Shown here: positions 25,845 through 36,834 of the stretch, in pieces
Layout: each line of letters begins with the position of its first letter
Numbering within the stretch: the stretch's first letter is position 1
DNA from: Candidatus Methylomirabilales bacterium
GTDB taxonomy: Bacteria > Methylomirabilota > Methylomirabilia > Methylomirabilales > CSP1-5
Length of the DNA: 37,085 bases
Reading direction: 5' to 3'
Assembly (NCBI GenBank): GCA_046758505.1
Contig: JBHIAH010000020.1
Coordinates: 1 to 37,085 of the forward strand
Notes under the pieces: model-generated
Databases searched by the model: none
What the model was told of the DNA's origin: nothing
What the model saw: the letters and a program-made list of their open reading frames with translations, nothing else
Translations under genes and position numbers: made by a program

Positions 25845-26678
25845 TCAGCCACCGATTTGGATGGCGGGCGTTCGTCGCTGCGCGAGGTGGGCGATCACGT
25901 AGAGTTCCAGGCCGAAGGGCAAATAGCCGAGATACCCGAGCAGCGGCATCTCGAAGAGATGCCAAAAATTGACGAACGGGACTTGATAGATCCACTTCGG
26001 GTATGAAAAGTAGTTCCACATCTCCCAGAAGAACCCGCAGGTGAGTGCACCGGTCCACAGGGCGATGACCGTGCGCCAGTCGGCGTGTTGCAGGCGGGTC
26101 AGGATCGATCGCTTGCCGAGCCACACGTTGATGGGTTCGACGATCAGAAAGAGTGATCCCCACACAAACGGGTAGAAGTAGCGTGGCCAGGCGAGCAGCA
26201 GGCCGAGCATGGCGCAGCCGGTCGCGAAGAGCCCACCACAGAGGCGAGGGGTGGCCGACACCCGGGGCCCGCGGGCAAAGCGCTCGATCCAGTCAAAGGT
26301 CCCAATCAACTCGGCGGTGCTGAAGACCGCCGGGATCACGGTGGAGAAACTCAGCGAGGCGATCACGAAGTACTCCAGGTCGGTGAACAATTCCCGGCCG
26401 AGATACTGCCAGTTCCCAGTCCGCCAGTTGATGATCTCGAACAGCCACCAGACTGGCATCGAGATGACGAAGAGGGTGGCGAAGTCTCGAGGCGAGCGGG
26501 TGAGGAGGGAGCTGCCGGTGCGGCGCAGGACGAGCGCATCAACGGCCAGCGTATACCCCAACCACAAGGGAAAAAACAGGACGTGTGTCCGCGGCCCCGG
26601 CCAAAGCCAATTGAGCGGCCAGCAGACCGCGATCAGGAGCCACCCGATGCGACCATGCCACGCCCTCGTCTTTGACAC
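25845..26678 (-). CDS. Conserved multi-pass membrane protein, Trp-rich
   Basis: GAGGAG RBS before GTG 26678; WW.FE..N....NW.Y, WEMWNY....KW.Y, FEMPLLGY.G..PF.LE motifs. Confidence 0.8.
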   Translation of the reverse strand: MSKTRAWHGRIGWLLIAVCWPLNWLWPGPRTHVLFFPLWLGYTLAVDALVLRRTGSSLLTRSPRDFATLFVISMPVWWLFEIINWRTGNWQYLGRELFTDLEYFVIASLSFSTVIPAVFSTAELIGTFDWIERFARGPRVSATPRLCGGLFATGCAMLGLLLAWPRYFYPFVWGSLFLIVEPINVWLGKRSILTRLQHADWRTVIALWTGALTCGFFWEMWNYFSYPKWIYQVPFVNFWHLFEMPLLGYLGYLPFGLELYVIAHLAQRRTPAIQIGG

Positions 26679-26842
26679 GGGCGGTTCCTCCTCCGGTCGG
26701 GCCCCGGGTGCTCCCTCCACCCCGATCCGCCTGAGCGGCGTAGCGCGCTGAGGGGATGGGTCCCGGATGGTGGTGGTGAAGAGAAGAACGCCCGGGGTGT
26801 GGCCCCCCCGGGCGCCTCGATCCGATCTGATTGCCGAGACGG

Positions 26843-27244
26843 CTATGCGCCTCCGCCCTGGACCCTGACCCACACCTCCCGGTTCCGTGGCCCGTCAAAC
26901 TCGCAGAAAAAGATTCCCTGCCACGTTCCCAGGCAGATTTTCCCCCCTTCGATCAGGACCGCCACGGTATTCCCAACCACCGTGGCCTTCATGTGCGCGT
27001 CGGCGTTCCCATCGTTATGCTCGTATGGGCCCTCACGCGGGAAGAGGCGGCGGAGGTGGGTCGCGATGTCGCGGGCAACTGCCGGGTCATCGGCCTCCTG
27101 GACGAGCACAGCAGCAGTCGTGTGGGGCACATAGATCTGACAGATACCCTCACGCACCCCCGACGCATCCACCGCATGCCGGATCTCTGAGGTGATCTCG
27201 TAGAGTTCCTCTCGCTTTTCGGTTTTGACGTTGAGTTTCGTCAT
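26843..27244 (-). CDS. yjbQ: YjbQ/UPF0047 family protein
   Basis: PHTTA, H..GNADAH.KA, LGTWQGIFFCEFDGPR.R motifs. Confidence 0.93.
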   Translation of the reverse strand: MTKLNVKTEKREELYEITSEIRHAVDASGVREGICQIYVPHTTAAVLVQEADDPAVARDIATHLRRLFPREGPYEHNDGNADAHMKATVVGNTVAVLIEGGKICLGTWQGIFFCEFDGPRNREVWVRVQGGGA

Positions 27245-27397
27245 GGGTTGATCAGCTCCACCGTGGGGGTTGGAATGTGTCCGAGAGGTGATAATCGATC
27301 ATCCATGATGCCGATCGGATAAGAAACCTCAACGGGGGGAATGAATACCATACGTCCTTCGGGAAGTCAAGGGGATCCGTAAACCGACGCCCCACAA

Positions 27398-27505
27398 CCG
27401 GTTCATAGTTCATGGTTCACAGTTTACTCGTGGTTGGAGATCGGTGATCGGAGAAAACGACGAACCATCATTCAGTTTCTTGTCATCGGTCATCGGTCGC
27501 CGGCA
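27398..27505. repeat. Heptamer repeat patches at the 3' end of the HhH-GPD gene
   Basis: ccggttc-atagttc-atggttc-acagttt; atcggtg-atcggag; tgtcatc-ggtcatc-ggtcgcc. Confidence 0.7.
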
Positions 27506-28160
27506 GGGGGATGCCGTGCCGCTCCAGGTCCGATCGGAGAGGACAGGTGTCGCATTGCGGTGTGGACCGGCAGTACGTTTTTCCAATGGCCACGAGGAGC
27601 GCATGGAATTCGTTGTACAGCCGTGCGTCGCGAGGGAGATGATTCATGAACAGGTCCTGGACCTCCTGGTAGGGGGCGCGGGGGGAAATCAGGCGATGGC
27701 GGGCACAGATCCGTGTGGTGTACGCATCGACCACAAAGACTGGCATGTTTCCCGCATACAGGAGAATGGAGTCTGCGGTTTCTGGGCCGATCCCGGAGAC
27801 CTGGAGCAGGGCCTCCCGGATCCGCATTGGTTCCTCCCGGAACAGGCGCCGGAGGCTTCCCCCGTGCCGCATCTCGAGAAAGGTGAGAAAGTTTTGAAGT
27901 CGCCGGGCTTTGACGGCAAACGTGCCGGCGGGACGGATGAGCTGTGCCAGGCGACGTCGCGACAGGGCTGACATTGCTTGAGGAGAGAGTGCGCTCGCCC
28001 GGCGGAGGCGTCGAATCGCCTTCTCGACGTTACCCCAGTTGGTGTTCTGGGCGAGGATCGCCCCGACGATGACCTCGAATCGGGTCCGCCCAGGCCACCA
28101 GCCCTGGGGGCCCAGTCGCGCATGGAGTCGGTGATAGAGGCTCAGGAGTCGCCGCCGCAT
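27483..28160 (-). CDS. Endonuclease III-related HhH-GPD DNA glycosylase
   Basis: WWP...FEVIVGAIL.QNT.W.NV, LL.V.GIGPETADSILLYA, FVVDAYT, partial Fe-S motif C..(P.)C..CPL. Confidence 0.9.
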   Translation of the reverse strand: MRRRLLSLYHRLHARLGPQGWWPGRTRFEVIVGAILAQNTNWGNVEKAIRRLRRASALSPQAMSALSRRRLAQLIRPAGTFAVKARRLQNFLTFLEMRHGGSLRRLFREEPMRIREALLQVSGIGPETADSILLYAGNMPVFVVDAYTTRICARHRLISPRAPYQEVQDLFMNHLPRDARLYNEFHALLVAIGKTYCRSTPQCDTCPLRSDLERHGIPLPATDDR

Positions 28161-28335
28161 CGGAACCTCTGGGCCTCCCGGGGAAAAGAGGGTCCCGCTC
28201 GGTATCCCCCTCGTCGCGCGAGAGGGGAGGTAGCATCCGGGTCCCGTTTGTTGTATTATATTCGAGTTCCATAGGCAAGGTCGGTTCCGGTGGAGCGGTT
28301 TTGGCGCGGGGGATCCGTCCCGAGGGTCGGGTTAC

Positions 28336-28758
28336 GTGGCGAGAATTCTGGCCATTGATCTTGGCGAGGTTCGCATGGGCCTGGCTATCAGTGACGAACT
28401 CATGATCACGGCCCAACCCCTCCCGACGTGGCGCCGGAAGGGGCGGCGGGCAGATCTCGCTCATCTCGGGAGCCTGGTCGAGGCGTGGAGCGTCCATCAG
28501 GTCGTCGTGGGGTATCCGCGGCACCTGGGGGGTGATGTTGGAGAGAAGGCCGCTGAGGCTGAGAAGTTCGCCGAACAACTGGAGAACGCCCTGGCCGTTC
28601 CGGTAATCCTGTGGGACGAGCGGCTGACGACGGTGGCGGCGGACCGTGCCCTGATCGAGGCGGGGATGCGGCGAAAGCAACGCCAGCAGACGAGGGACAG
28701 TGTGGCAGCCCTGTTGATCCTGCAAGGGTACCTGGATCGTCGGCGGAAAGGTGACTAG
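28336..28758 (+). CDS. ruvX: YqgF/RuvX family nuclease
   Basis: ILAIDLG..R.GLAISD, VVGYP, WDERLTT, D..AA.LILQ.YL. Confidence 0.93.
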   Translation: MARILAIDLGEVRMGLAISDELMITAQPLPTWRRKGRRADLAHLGSLVEAWSVHQVVVGYPRHLGGDVGEKAAEAEKFAEQLENALAVPVILWDERLTTVAADRALIEAGMRRKQRQQTRDSVAALLILQGYLDRRRKGD

Positions 28759-29797
28759 GGTGAAGATCCGGGATCGCCGATTTGCGCTGTGGTTTGCGGG
28801 GCTGGGTGTGGCCTTGCTCGCCGTCTTTAGCGTGCGGGCGTACGTGGCGCTCTATCCCGCCGTGCGTCCCGGGTATCTTAACGTGGGGCCGACGGTCGTT
28901 GACATCAAGCCGCACACCCAATCTGCCGCGATCGCCGAGCAGCTCAAGCGGCACGGGGTCATCCGGGACCGCCTCCTCTTCCTCCTCTTCACCATGCTCC
29001 GCGGCTCCGCCGATCGATTGAAGGCGGGGGAGTATCAGTTTCTTCCTTCCATGGGGCTCCTGGACGTCATCCGGGCTCTCGAGGACGGGAAGGTCCTGAT
29101 CCACAAGGTGACCATTCCTGAGGGCGCCACCGTCTGGCAGATTGCGACGCTGCTCGATGACGAAGGACTCGTGGACAGCGAGGCGTTTCTGAGGCTGGCC
29201 ACGGATCCTTCGGTGGCCAGCCATTATGTGCCCGGGGCAGATACGCTGGAAGGATTTCTCTTTCCGGACACCTACCATTTCATCAAAGGCATCGGGGTGG
29301 AGGATATCATTGAAGCGATGGTCCAGCGATTCTTCCGGGCTTTTACGCGCGGGGATGAGCTCCGAACCCGCCGGCTTGGGATGAACCTGTATCAGATCGT
29401 GACCCTCGCCTCCATCATCGAGAAGGAGGCGGTGTTGAATCGAGAGATGCCGATTATCGCGGGGGTCTTCTACAACCGCCTGCGGCGAGGCATGCGACTG
29501 CAGGCCGACCCGACCGTCCTGTACGGGAGGCGTCATCGGGGCCGGATTACCCGAAAAGACCTTCGCGCGAATCACCCCTATAACACGTATGTTCAGAACG
29601 GTCTCCCCCCGGGGCCGATCGCCAGCCCGGGAGCGGCGGCCTTGAAGGCGGCCCTGGACCCGGCGGACGTCAAGTATCTCTACTTCGTGGCAAAAAACGA
29701 CGGGACCCATAAATTCTCCCGGACCCTGAGGGAACACTTACGGGCGGTGCGCAAATATCAGGTGCGGAGCAAGATGCGGAAGCGGAGGAGCATCTAA
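28751..29797 (+). CDS. mltG: Endolytic transglycosylase MltG
   Basis: N-terminal TM; KAGEY, TIPEG, LEGFLFPDTY, LASIIEKE, LQADPT, PYNTY...GLPPGPI. Confidence 0.96.
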   Translation: MTRVKIRDRRFALWFAGLGVALLAVFSVRAYVALYPAVRPGYLNVGPTVVDIKPHTQSAAIAEQLKRHGVIRDRLLFLLFTMLRGSADRLKAGEYQFLPSMGLLDVIRALEDGKVLIHKVTIPEGATVWQIATLLDDEGLVDSEAFLRLATDPSVASHYVPGADTLEGFLFPDTYHFIKGIGVEDIIEAMVQRFFRAFTRGDELRTRRLGMNLYQIVTLASIIEKEAVLNREMPIIAGVFYNRLRRGMRLQADPTVLYGRRHRGRITRKDLRANHPYNTYVQNGLPPGPIASPGAAALKAALDPADVKYLYFVAKNDGTHKFSRTLREHLRAVRKYQVRSKMRKRRSI

Positions 29798-29807
29798 GGA
29801 GGAAGCG

Positions 29808-30559
29808 ATGCGTATGGTTCGGGTCTTCCTGCGGACGGTTCCAATCGTCCTGCTCCTGGTCGGCTGTGCGACGACCCCGCCGGCGAAACAGACGGAGCTG
29901 GCGGCAACCCGTTATGACTTGGGCGTGGCATACTTTGACGCCGGGCACTTTCGGCGGGCCGTCCCCGAGTTCGCCAAGGCGGTAGAGCTGAGCCCTTCCG
30001 ATCCCGTCTACCATACCGCCCTGGGCATGGCGTTGATGTTTACCAAGAACCTCGACCAGGCCATCAAGGAGTTCGAAGCGGCGATCCAGGCTGACGCGAG
30101 ATTTTCGGAGGCCAAAAACAACCTCGCGAGTGCCTATATGCTGAAAGGCGATCTGGAGAAAGCACGGGCGCTCCTCGTGCAGGTGCTGGATGATCCCTTT
30201 TATCCCACCCCTCAGTTTGCCTATTTTAATCTGGCAAGAATCTACGAGCGACAGGGGAAGGTCAATCGGGCGATTGCGGAGTACCGGCGCGCTTTGGACA
30301 TCACGCGAGACTACGTGGAGGCTCACAACAACTTGGGATTCCTGTATCTACAGCAGAGCAAGACAGACCTGGCCATTAAGGAATTTTCCGAGGCGACCCA
30401 CTTGAGTCCCAAGGTGGCCATCTACCAGCGAAATCTGGGTGCGGCGTACTATCAGGCGGGGAACCGCGGGAAGGCCCGCAAGGCCTTTGAGAAGGTGGTC
30501 GAGCTGGAACCCGATAGCCCGTCGGCGGAGTATGCGCGAAAGATGTTGGAGCAGCTCAA

Positions 30560-30563
<4 letters not shown>
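29808..30563 (+). CDS. TPR lipoprotein, PilF/PilW/Tgl-like
   Basis: Lipobox LVGC; tandem TPRs including ..DPFYPTP..AY.NL; adjacent to rlmN. Confidence 0.8.
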
Positions 30564-31736
<1,173 letters not shown>

Positions 31737-31960
31737 TTTAAAATCAAGTATTTACAAATGGAGACCCGCTGGTCCCCCTTCAGGTAGCCGCGAAGGATCC
31801 GATCCGGCCCGCCACCCACACCCACGTCACTCAAAGAAAAGAAAGGTACGATGCGGGCGAGGTCTACACCCTGGGCGGCCTTGCCCGCGTCTATGCCGAT
31901 GCGGACGTCAATATCGAAGACGCCCTTGCGCTCGCCCGGCACAACCTGCCCCCCTTTTTC

Positions 31961-31995
31961 TTGACGTTCCTGAAATTGTGGCTATAATGTAGCCA
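31961..31995 (+). promoter_or_regulatory. TA promoter with overlapping palindromic operator (leaderless toxin mRNA)
   Basis: TTGACG, 16 nt spacer, TATAAT (31983-31988); TGGCTA-N5-TAGCCA at 31979-31995; ATG at 31998. Confidence 0.75.
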
Positions 31996-31997
31996 GA

Positions 31998-32285
31998 ATG
32001 CGTTACGAGATCATCCTGGCACTTGAGGCCGTTGAGGACCTGCGCCATCTGAAGGCGCATGCCCGAGCCGAGGTGAGGGATGCGATCGAGCGCCACCTGC
32101 GACACCAGCCGACGAAGACGAGCAAGGCGCGGATCAAACGCCTACGAGGGCTGGCGCGTCCACAGTTCCGGCTGAGAGTGGGTGACACCAGAGTGTTCTA
32201 CGATGTTGAAGGCCGAGAGGTCCACGTACTGGCCATCGTGCCGAAGGCCGATGTGGAAGAGTGGCTAGAAAGGGTAGGGGAGTGA
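31998..32285 (+). CDS. Type II toxin, RelE/ParE family
   Basis: YEIILA.EA.EDL..L...IKRLRG....FRLRVGD.RVFYDV...V.VLAIV.K. Confidence 0.87.
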   Translation: MRYEIILALEAVEDLRHLKAHARAEVRDAIERHLRHQPTKTSKARIKRLRGLARPQFRLRVGDTRVFYDVEGREVHVLAIVPKADVEEWLERVGE

Positions 32286-32286
32286 G

Positions 32287-32553
32287 ATGAAGAAGGTTCC
32301 TGTGAACGAAGTGAAGGACGATCTGTCGCGCTACCTGCACGAGGCGGAGAAGGAGGGAATCGTCATCACCCGTCATGGGAAGCCGGCGGGGGTGCTGATC
32401 GGCTTCGCCTCAGAGGATGAATGGTTTGAGTACCGCTTGGAGAACGACCCCCGATTTCTGTCGCGGATCGCTCGTGCCCGCGACAGCATCGCGTCGGGGA
32501 AGAGACTCGCGCTGGAGGACCTCAAGGCGTCACGCCCACGAAGAAAAAAGTAA
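32287..32553 (+). CDS. Type II antitoxin, Phd/YefM family
   Basis: V..NEVKDDLSRYL..AE...IVITRHGKPAGVLIG. Confidence 0.87.
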   Translation: MKKVPVNEVKDDLSRYLHEAEKEGIVITRHGKPAGVLIGFASEDEWFEYRLENDPRFLSRIARARDSIASGKRLALEDLKASRPRRKK

Positions 32554-32633
32554 AAGTCCCCGTTTCGCTACCCGGGGAGTTCCGCGCTCGCCACGCTCGT
32601 CGCCCTCCCGTTCAAATTCGACGAAATGGTCGA

Positions 32634-32810
32634 TCAGGTCGAATGTTCCACTGCGAGCATGTGGACGAACACAACGGAGCGGCTAAGAGAGCACCAATAT
32701 CGGACAGGATGCACTCCCTCAACGATGCGAGTCCAGCCGAGAATATCGGTGAACGGAGCAAGTTCCAGCTCTTCAAAACCATTGGGGGCAATGACCAGGA
32801 CCTTCTTCAT
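32634..32810 (-). pseudogene. Truncated DJ-1/PfpI family gene (N-terminal ~35 aa recognisable)
   Basis: MKKVLVIAPNGFEELELAPFTDILGW; ATGA-coupled to the ATPase stop; similarity lost afterwards. Not in the ORF track. Confidence 0.65.
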
Positions 32811-33286
32811 GTCTTCCTACCCGGAGAACCTTGCCGTGTTTTCAGCAATCGGAGACCGTTGGCGATGACTACCAGGGCGCTCAATTCGTTCATCAGCAGG
32901 CCCTGGACCAACCCGAGCCACCCTGCCAGCGCCGCTGGGATGAGGAATGCCACGATGGCAAGGGATGCTATGATGTTTTGCCTGATGTTGGCGATCGCCC
33001 GTCGGCTGAGGTCCAGTGCATAGGTGAGTCGGGACAGGTCATCGGTCATGAGCACAATGTCCCCGGTCTCCAGGGCAACATCGGTCCCACAGGCTCCCAT
33101 CGCTATCCCTACATCAGATACGGCTAAAGCTGGTGCGTCGTTCACGCCGTCTCCGACCATGGCCACATCTCCGTACCGGCGGGTGAGGTCGCGGACTTTT
33201 TCCACCTTGTCTTCGGGCAGCAGGTCGGCCAGGTATTCATCAATCTCCAGGCGCCGGGAAACCGCCTTGGCGGTCCCCGCGGCGTC
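32807..33286 (-). pseudogene. C-terminal fragment of a P1B heavy-metal ATPase (CadA/ZntA-like)
   Basis: LLPEDK, VAMVGDGVNDAPALA..DVGIAMG..GTDVA.E, I.QNI, NGLRLL; lacks DKTGT, CPC and the N-terminal domains. Confidence 0.85.
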
Positions 33287-33665
33287 GCAACCGCCATCAC
33301 CCTTTCCCGTAGATCCCCCGAACAGAGCGATCACCCCGATCACATCGGCCCGGAAGTCCAACGAGCGGGAGGTCGGGATTTGGGCGTCCGCGGCGCTCAG
33401 GGTGTCGGCGGTGAGTCCTGGGGCACGTGGCCCGGGGCCGTCTGGGGATGGAGCATCAAGGGGCGGACGGAGATGCCAAACACCAGGAGGCCTTGCCGCA
33501 GACGATGACGCGCCATGAGCGTCAAGGGCGGGTCCCGGGAACTCCGCGGCGGCCCGACAGGGCTTGCCAGGCCCGGTCCTCATCGCGTACGGTGGAGCGG
33601 GCCCGGCGGATCGGGTAGGCGGTGACCTCAACAGAGTTCGGACGGGGGGTAGGGAAGCCGGGATC

Positions 33666-34112
33666 ATGCTTCGTAATTTCCGATATGGCGGCGCGGTGGT
33701 ACTGGTGCTCACGGCAGGTGTCCTCTGTGCGGGGGCAGAGGGACCTGGAACGGAGGATCGCGCCGGACCGCCCCAGGTTCCCGCCTACGCGGCATGGCGT
33801 CTCGAGGAGGAGGCAACGACGTACCGGCCGGGGACGGACTTACAGTTCTATGCCCTGGAGCTCAAGACCTACGCGAATCCCGCTGACCCGTCCGAGAGGG
33901 TGGTGGAGCTGAGGCGTCACGACGCCCTCTACATCCTCTATCATTACACCTTCAAGCGGCACGGACCGCGCTGGGAGATTTATATGGATGCAGGATTCGC
34001 CGATGCACCGTGCGGCTTCTTCGATCCCAACGGCAACGCCGCAGGACTCTTCGTCCGCATCGACCTCGCCTGCCTTCGGGACGCGGAGCGGATCGACCGC
34101 CGGTCTGATTGA
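33666..34112 (+). CDS. Exported hypothetical protein
   Basis: Signal-peptide-like start MLRNFRYGGAVVLVLTAGVLCAGA; aromatic-rich domain with a C-terminal Cys pair. Confidence 0.65.
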   Translation: MLRNFRYGGAVVLVLTAGVLCAGAEGPGTEDRAGPPQVPAYAAWRLEEEATTYRPGTDLQFYALELKTYANPADPSERVVELRRHDALYILYHYTFKRHGPRWEIYMDAGFADAPCGFFDPNGNAAGLFVRIDLACLRDAERIDRRSD

Positions 34113-34132
34113 CTTGATGAGCGCGGTGCGAT

Positions 34133-34693
34133 TTATCCCGACGAGAAACGGACTCTCCAGCGGGCAACGAGCCAGGTCAGGACCGCCACTATGAGACCGA
34201 TGCCGACCACGGAAATCAGCCAGATTGGGGACGATCCCTCCGCTTGTAACTCGAAGCCCGCGCGCCCGGTCCCCTGCGGGCCGTCGATCTCCAGGTTCAC
34301 CCGCCAGCCGCCTTCCTCGGGGAGATCGAGCGAGGCGTGATAGAGCAGCTTGTTAGGGCCTCCCCCCCGGCTGGCCGTGGTACGGATGGAACGACCTTGG
34401 CCCTCGGTGCGCTCGACGGTCATCCGGACCTCCGCATCGAGGACCGGCTTCCGCGATTGGGGCTCCATGACGGCCACGCTGACATGGAGCAAACCAGTCC
34501 GAGGCGGGTCTGGCTGGGTCCAAACCGAGACGAGGTACGGTCCCGTCCTGACGGCGGTCAGTTGGGGTGTTCCTCCGTTCGCCCATGCAATGGGGTGGGA
34601 ACGCCACGTGACCAGGGTGACGAGAATGGTGAGTGCAGTAAACAGATGGAAACCCCATCCGCCACGAGCGCATCTTTGCATCGGTCCGAGCAT
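34133..34693 (-). CDS. YtkA/FixH-like periplasmic Ig-fold protein with C-terminal membrane anchor
   Basis: Signal peptide; GPY.VSVWT.PDPPR.G..H..V.V, Y.A...LP..G.W.V...I.GP.G; C-terminal TM. Start uncertain (34693 or 34681). Confidence 0.65.
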   Translation of the reverse strand: MLGPMQRCARGGWGFHLFTALTILVTLVTWRSHPIAWANGGTPQLTAVRTGPYLVSVWTQPDPPRTGLLHVSVAVMEPQSRKPVLDAEVRMTVERTEGQGRSIRTTASRGGGPNKLLYHASLDLPEEGGWRVNLEIDGPQGTGRAGFELQAEGSSPIWLISVVGIGLIVAVLTWLVARWRVRFSSG

Positions 34694-34736
34694 GACGTTT
34701 CCCTGCGTACCGGTCACAATGAAGTCTAGGGCTAGC

Positions 34737-35633
34737 CTACCCTTCCGCTTGAGGTGTTTCACCATGAGGGCTTCCATGCCTGAGTGCAATGGCTTCGCGC
34801 TGAAGTGTGATCTGCTCCTCGCGGTCGAGCATTCGGGTGACGAGCACTAACACTGTGATGACGAACATCATCCCCCCCGGGATCCACATGATCAAGCCGC
34901 CGGTCATCTGATCCTCAAGCGGGGTTAGCCCCCAGAGGCGGGGGACGGTCGTGTAGTAGGGGTAGAGTACCCGCTCCGTGAGTGAGATCAACGCCGCCAG
35001 CAAGGTATTCTGGAGAACGGCGAGCAGGACGTACACGATTCTCAGGCCATAGGCCACGTGGCCATGCACCCGCGGAGCCGGGTTGACAATTGGCCACCAC
35101 AAGAGGATGCCCGTCACGAAGAAGGACAGGTGCTGTGCGTCGTGGGTGAACTCATTCCGCAGGGAGGCCTCGAACATGGGGGGGTAGTGCCACGCCCAGA
35201 GCGTCGTGACAAAGAGGGACAAGGATATGGGCATCCATGTCGCCGCGCAGACTACCTGGCGAAAGGAGGCGCCTCGGGTCAAGAGGTGCCCGATTCCTAC
35301 TCGGAGGCTTCTTGGCAGCCCCCAGAGCATCGCCGGAAACGGATCGGACAGGAGCAGAAGGAGGGGAACGACCATGACGAGCAGCTCGTGCTGGACCATG
35401 TGCATGGTGAACAGGAATGAACCGAATGTATCGATAGGAGACAGGAGCGCCAGGCAGATGGTTGCGAGTCCGGCCGTGTACAAGACCAGCCGCCACCTGA
35501 CCGCGATCCGCGCCTTCTGTCTTCGGAGCCGCCCCCATCCCACCCCGTAGACGAGGGCGAGCGGGGCTACGACCAGCATGACGTCCGCCCGCCAGTTCCA
35601 CGATGCCAAGAGCGCCTGCGTCGTCTGACTCAT
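34737..35633 (-). CDS. ctaG: Cytochrome c oxidase assembly factor, Caa3_CtaG family
   Basis: ALLSPID, F..HMVQH.LL....P.LL, W.WH.P, H..QH..F, DQ..GG.IMWIPG. Confidence 0.9.
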   Translation of the reverse strand: MSQTTQALLASWNWRADVMLVVAPLALVYGVGWGRLRRQKARIAVRWRLVLYTAGLATICLALLSPIDTFGSFLFTMHMVQHELLVMVVPLLLLLSDPFPAMLWGLPRSLRVGIGHLLTRGASFRQVVCAATWMPISLSLFVTTLWAWHYPPMFEASLRNEFTHDAQHLSFFVTGILLWWPIVNPAPRVHGHVAYGLRIVYVLLAVLQNTLLAALISLTERVLYPYYTTVPRLWGLTPLEDQMTGGLIMWIPGGMMFVITVLVLVTRMLDREEQITLQREAIALRHGSPHGETPQAEG

Positions 35634-35732
35634 GGTGCGGCTCTCGCAATTTGTTCCTTCGCACGGCGGTCCTCGGCCGGTCGCCGGCGGAGTCTGAAGG
35701 GACGACGGAACTTGTCCCGGTATCTCCCCGAG

Positions 35733-36113
35733 CTACCGTGGCGGGGCCAGGCTGGCGGCTAGCAGGGCTACGATCCACCCGGGCAGGATCGCCACCAGGC
35801 CGAGGACCCACGACCCGAGCGGCCGCCAGGGGTGACCGGTATTGCGCTGTCGCCTGAGCAGCGCATCGGTCGCGATGGCGCCGAGCAGCGGCAGCGCCGA
35901 CGAGAAGATGAACAGCGGCTTGCTGGCGAACTCCCCTCCGGGAGGTGCGATGCTCCCGAGGAAGGCGATCAGCCACGCCGGGAAGAGTGCGGCCATTCCG
36001 AGCACCCAATACCGCTCCGGGCCCCACTGGGGTCGCTGCCTCCTCATGACGGCGACCAGAGCCGCCGTGCCCGCTAGGCCGACCACGCTCGCCACTAGAG
36101 ACCACGCGACCAT
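35733..36113 (-). CDS. Small integral membrane protein (about 4 TM)
   Basis: Four hydrophobic segments; co-oriented between the SCO and ctaG genes. Confidence 0.7.
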   Translation of the reverse strand: MVAWSLVASVVGLAGTAALVAVMRRQRPQWGPERYWVLGMAALFPAWLIAFLGSIAPPGGEFASKPLFIFSSALPLLGAIATDALLRRQRNTGHPWRPLGSWVLGLVAILPGWIVALLAASLAPPR

Positions 36114-36140
36114 CGCGAATTGTGCCTCCTCGAATCCAGA

Positions 36141-36731
36141 TCAACCCCTGAGAAGGATACGGATGTCTTCGGCGAGGTCGGCAGGCTCAAAGCCACTCCC
36201 GTACGCGACGCGGATCTTGCCCGCCCGGTCGATGAGGTGTACCGGGGCCTGGTGCATGACATTGCCCTCTTTGTCTGTCCACACCTTGCCGACCCAGTAG
36301 TATTTCCAGATCGGTTGGAGGATCGGACGCTCGCCGGTCAAGAAGTGCCAGCGGTCGAGCATCTGGTATTTCTCCGAGTACGCGCGGACCCGCTTCACAG
36401 TGTCCCGGGTCGGGTCCGTGGTCACCGCGAGAAAGACCGCGCGTGGTGCGACCTCACCCAGCATCTCGCGGGCCTTCCGGAGCTTGGCCGTAACCAGCGG
36501 GCAGACATCGCGGCAGGCGGTGTATAGGAATGTCAGGATCACCACCCGCCCCCGGAAGTCGGACAGGCGCACGGGCTTGCCGAGCTGATCCCGGAGGGTG
36601 AAGTCACGCGTCTCGCGCGGGGGATCAAGGGCCGTGCCGCGAAAGCTCGGCTCCTGCGCACACCCATACAAAAAGCTAGCCAGGATGCCGAGTGCCACTC
36701 CGTATCGAAAAATTGTCATGCGGGCTCCCAT
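36141..36731 (-). CDS. SCO1/SenC family copper chaperone lipoprotein
   Basis: Lipobox LYGC; F.YT.CRDVCP (CxxxC), DP.RDT, W.FLTG and conserved His (VMHQ..VHLID). Confidence 0.93.
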   Translation of the reverse strand: MGARMTIFRYGVALGILASFLYGCAQEPSFRGTALDPPRETRDFTLRDQLGKPVRLSDFRGRVVILTFLYTACRDVCPLVTAKLRKAREMLGEVAPRAVFLAVTTDPTRDTVKRVRAYSEKYQMLDRWHFLTGERPILQPIWKYYWVGKVWTDKEGNVMHQAPVHLIDRAGKIRVAYGSGFEPADLAEDIRILLRG

Positions 36732-36834
36732 CTCGGACGCATCTCGGCAATAACGAAAAAGAAACCCCCGCTCTTCAAAGAAGCTGGACGTAAGAATAGA
36801 CTGCCCAAAAGGGACCAGCAGTCACCGGAGTCTG

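Noticed and set aside
32807..33712. 301-aa ORF as an intact protein
   Set aside because: Only the last ~160 aa match a P1B ATPase; the N-terminal part is low-complexity and overlaps a better ORF on the other strand.
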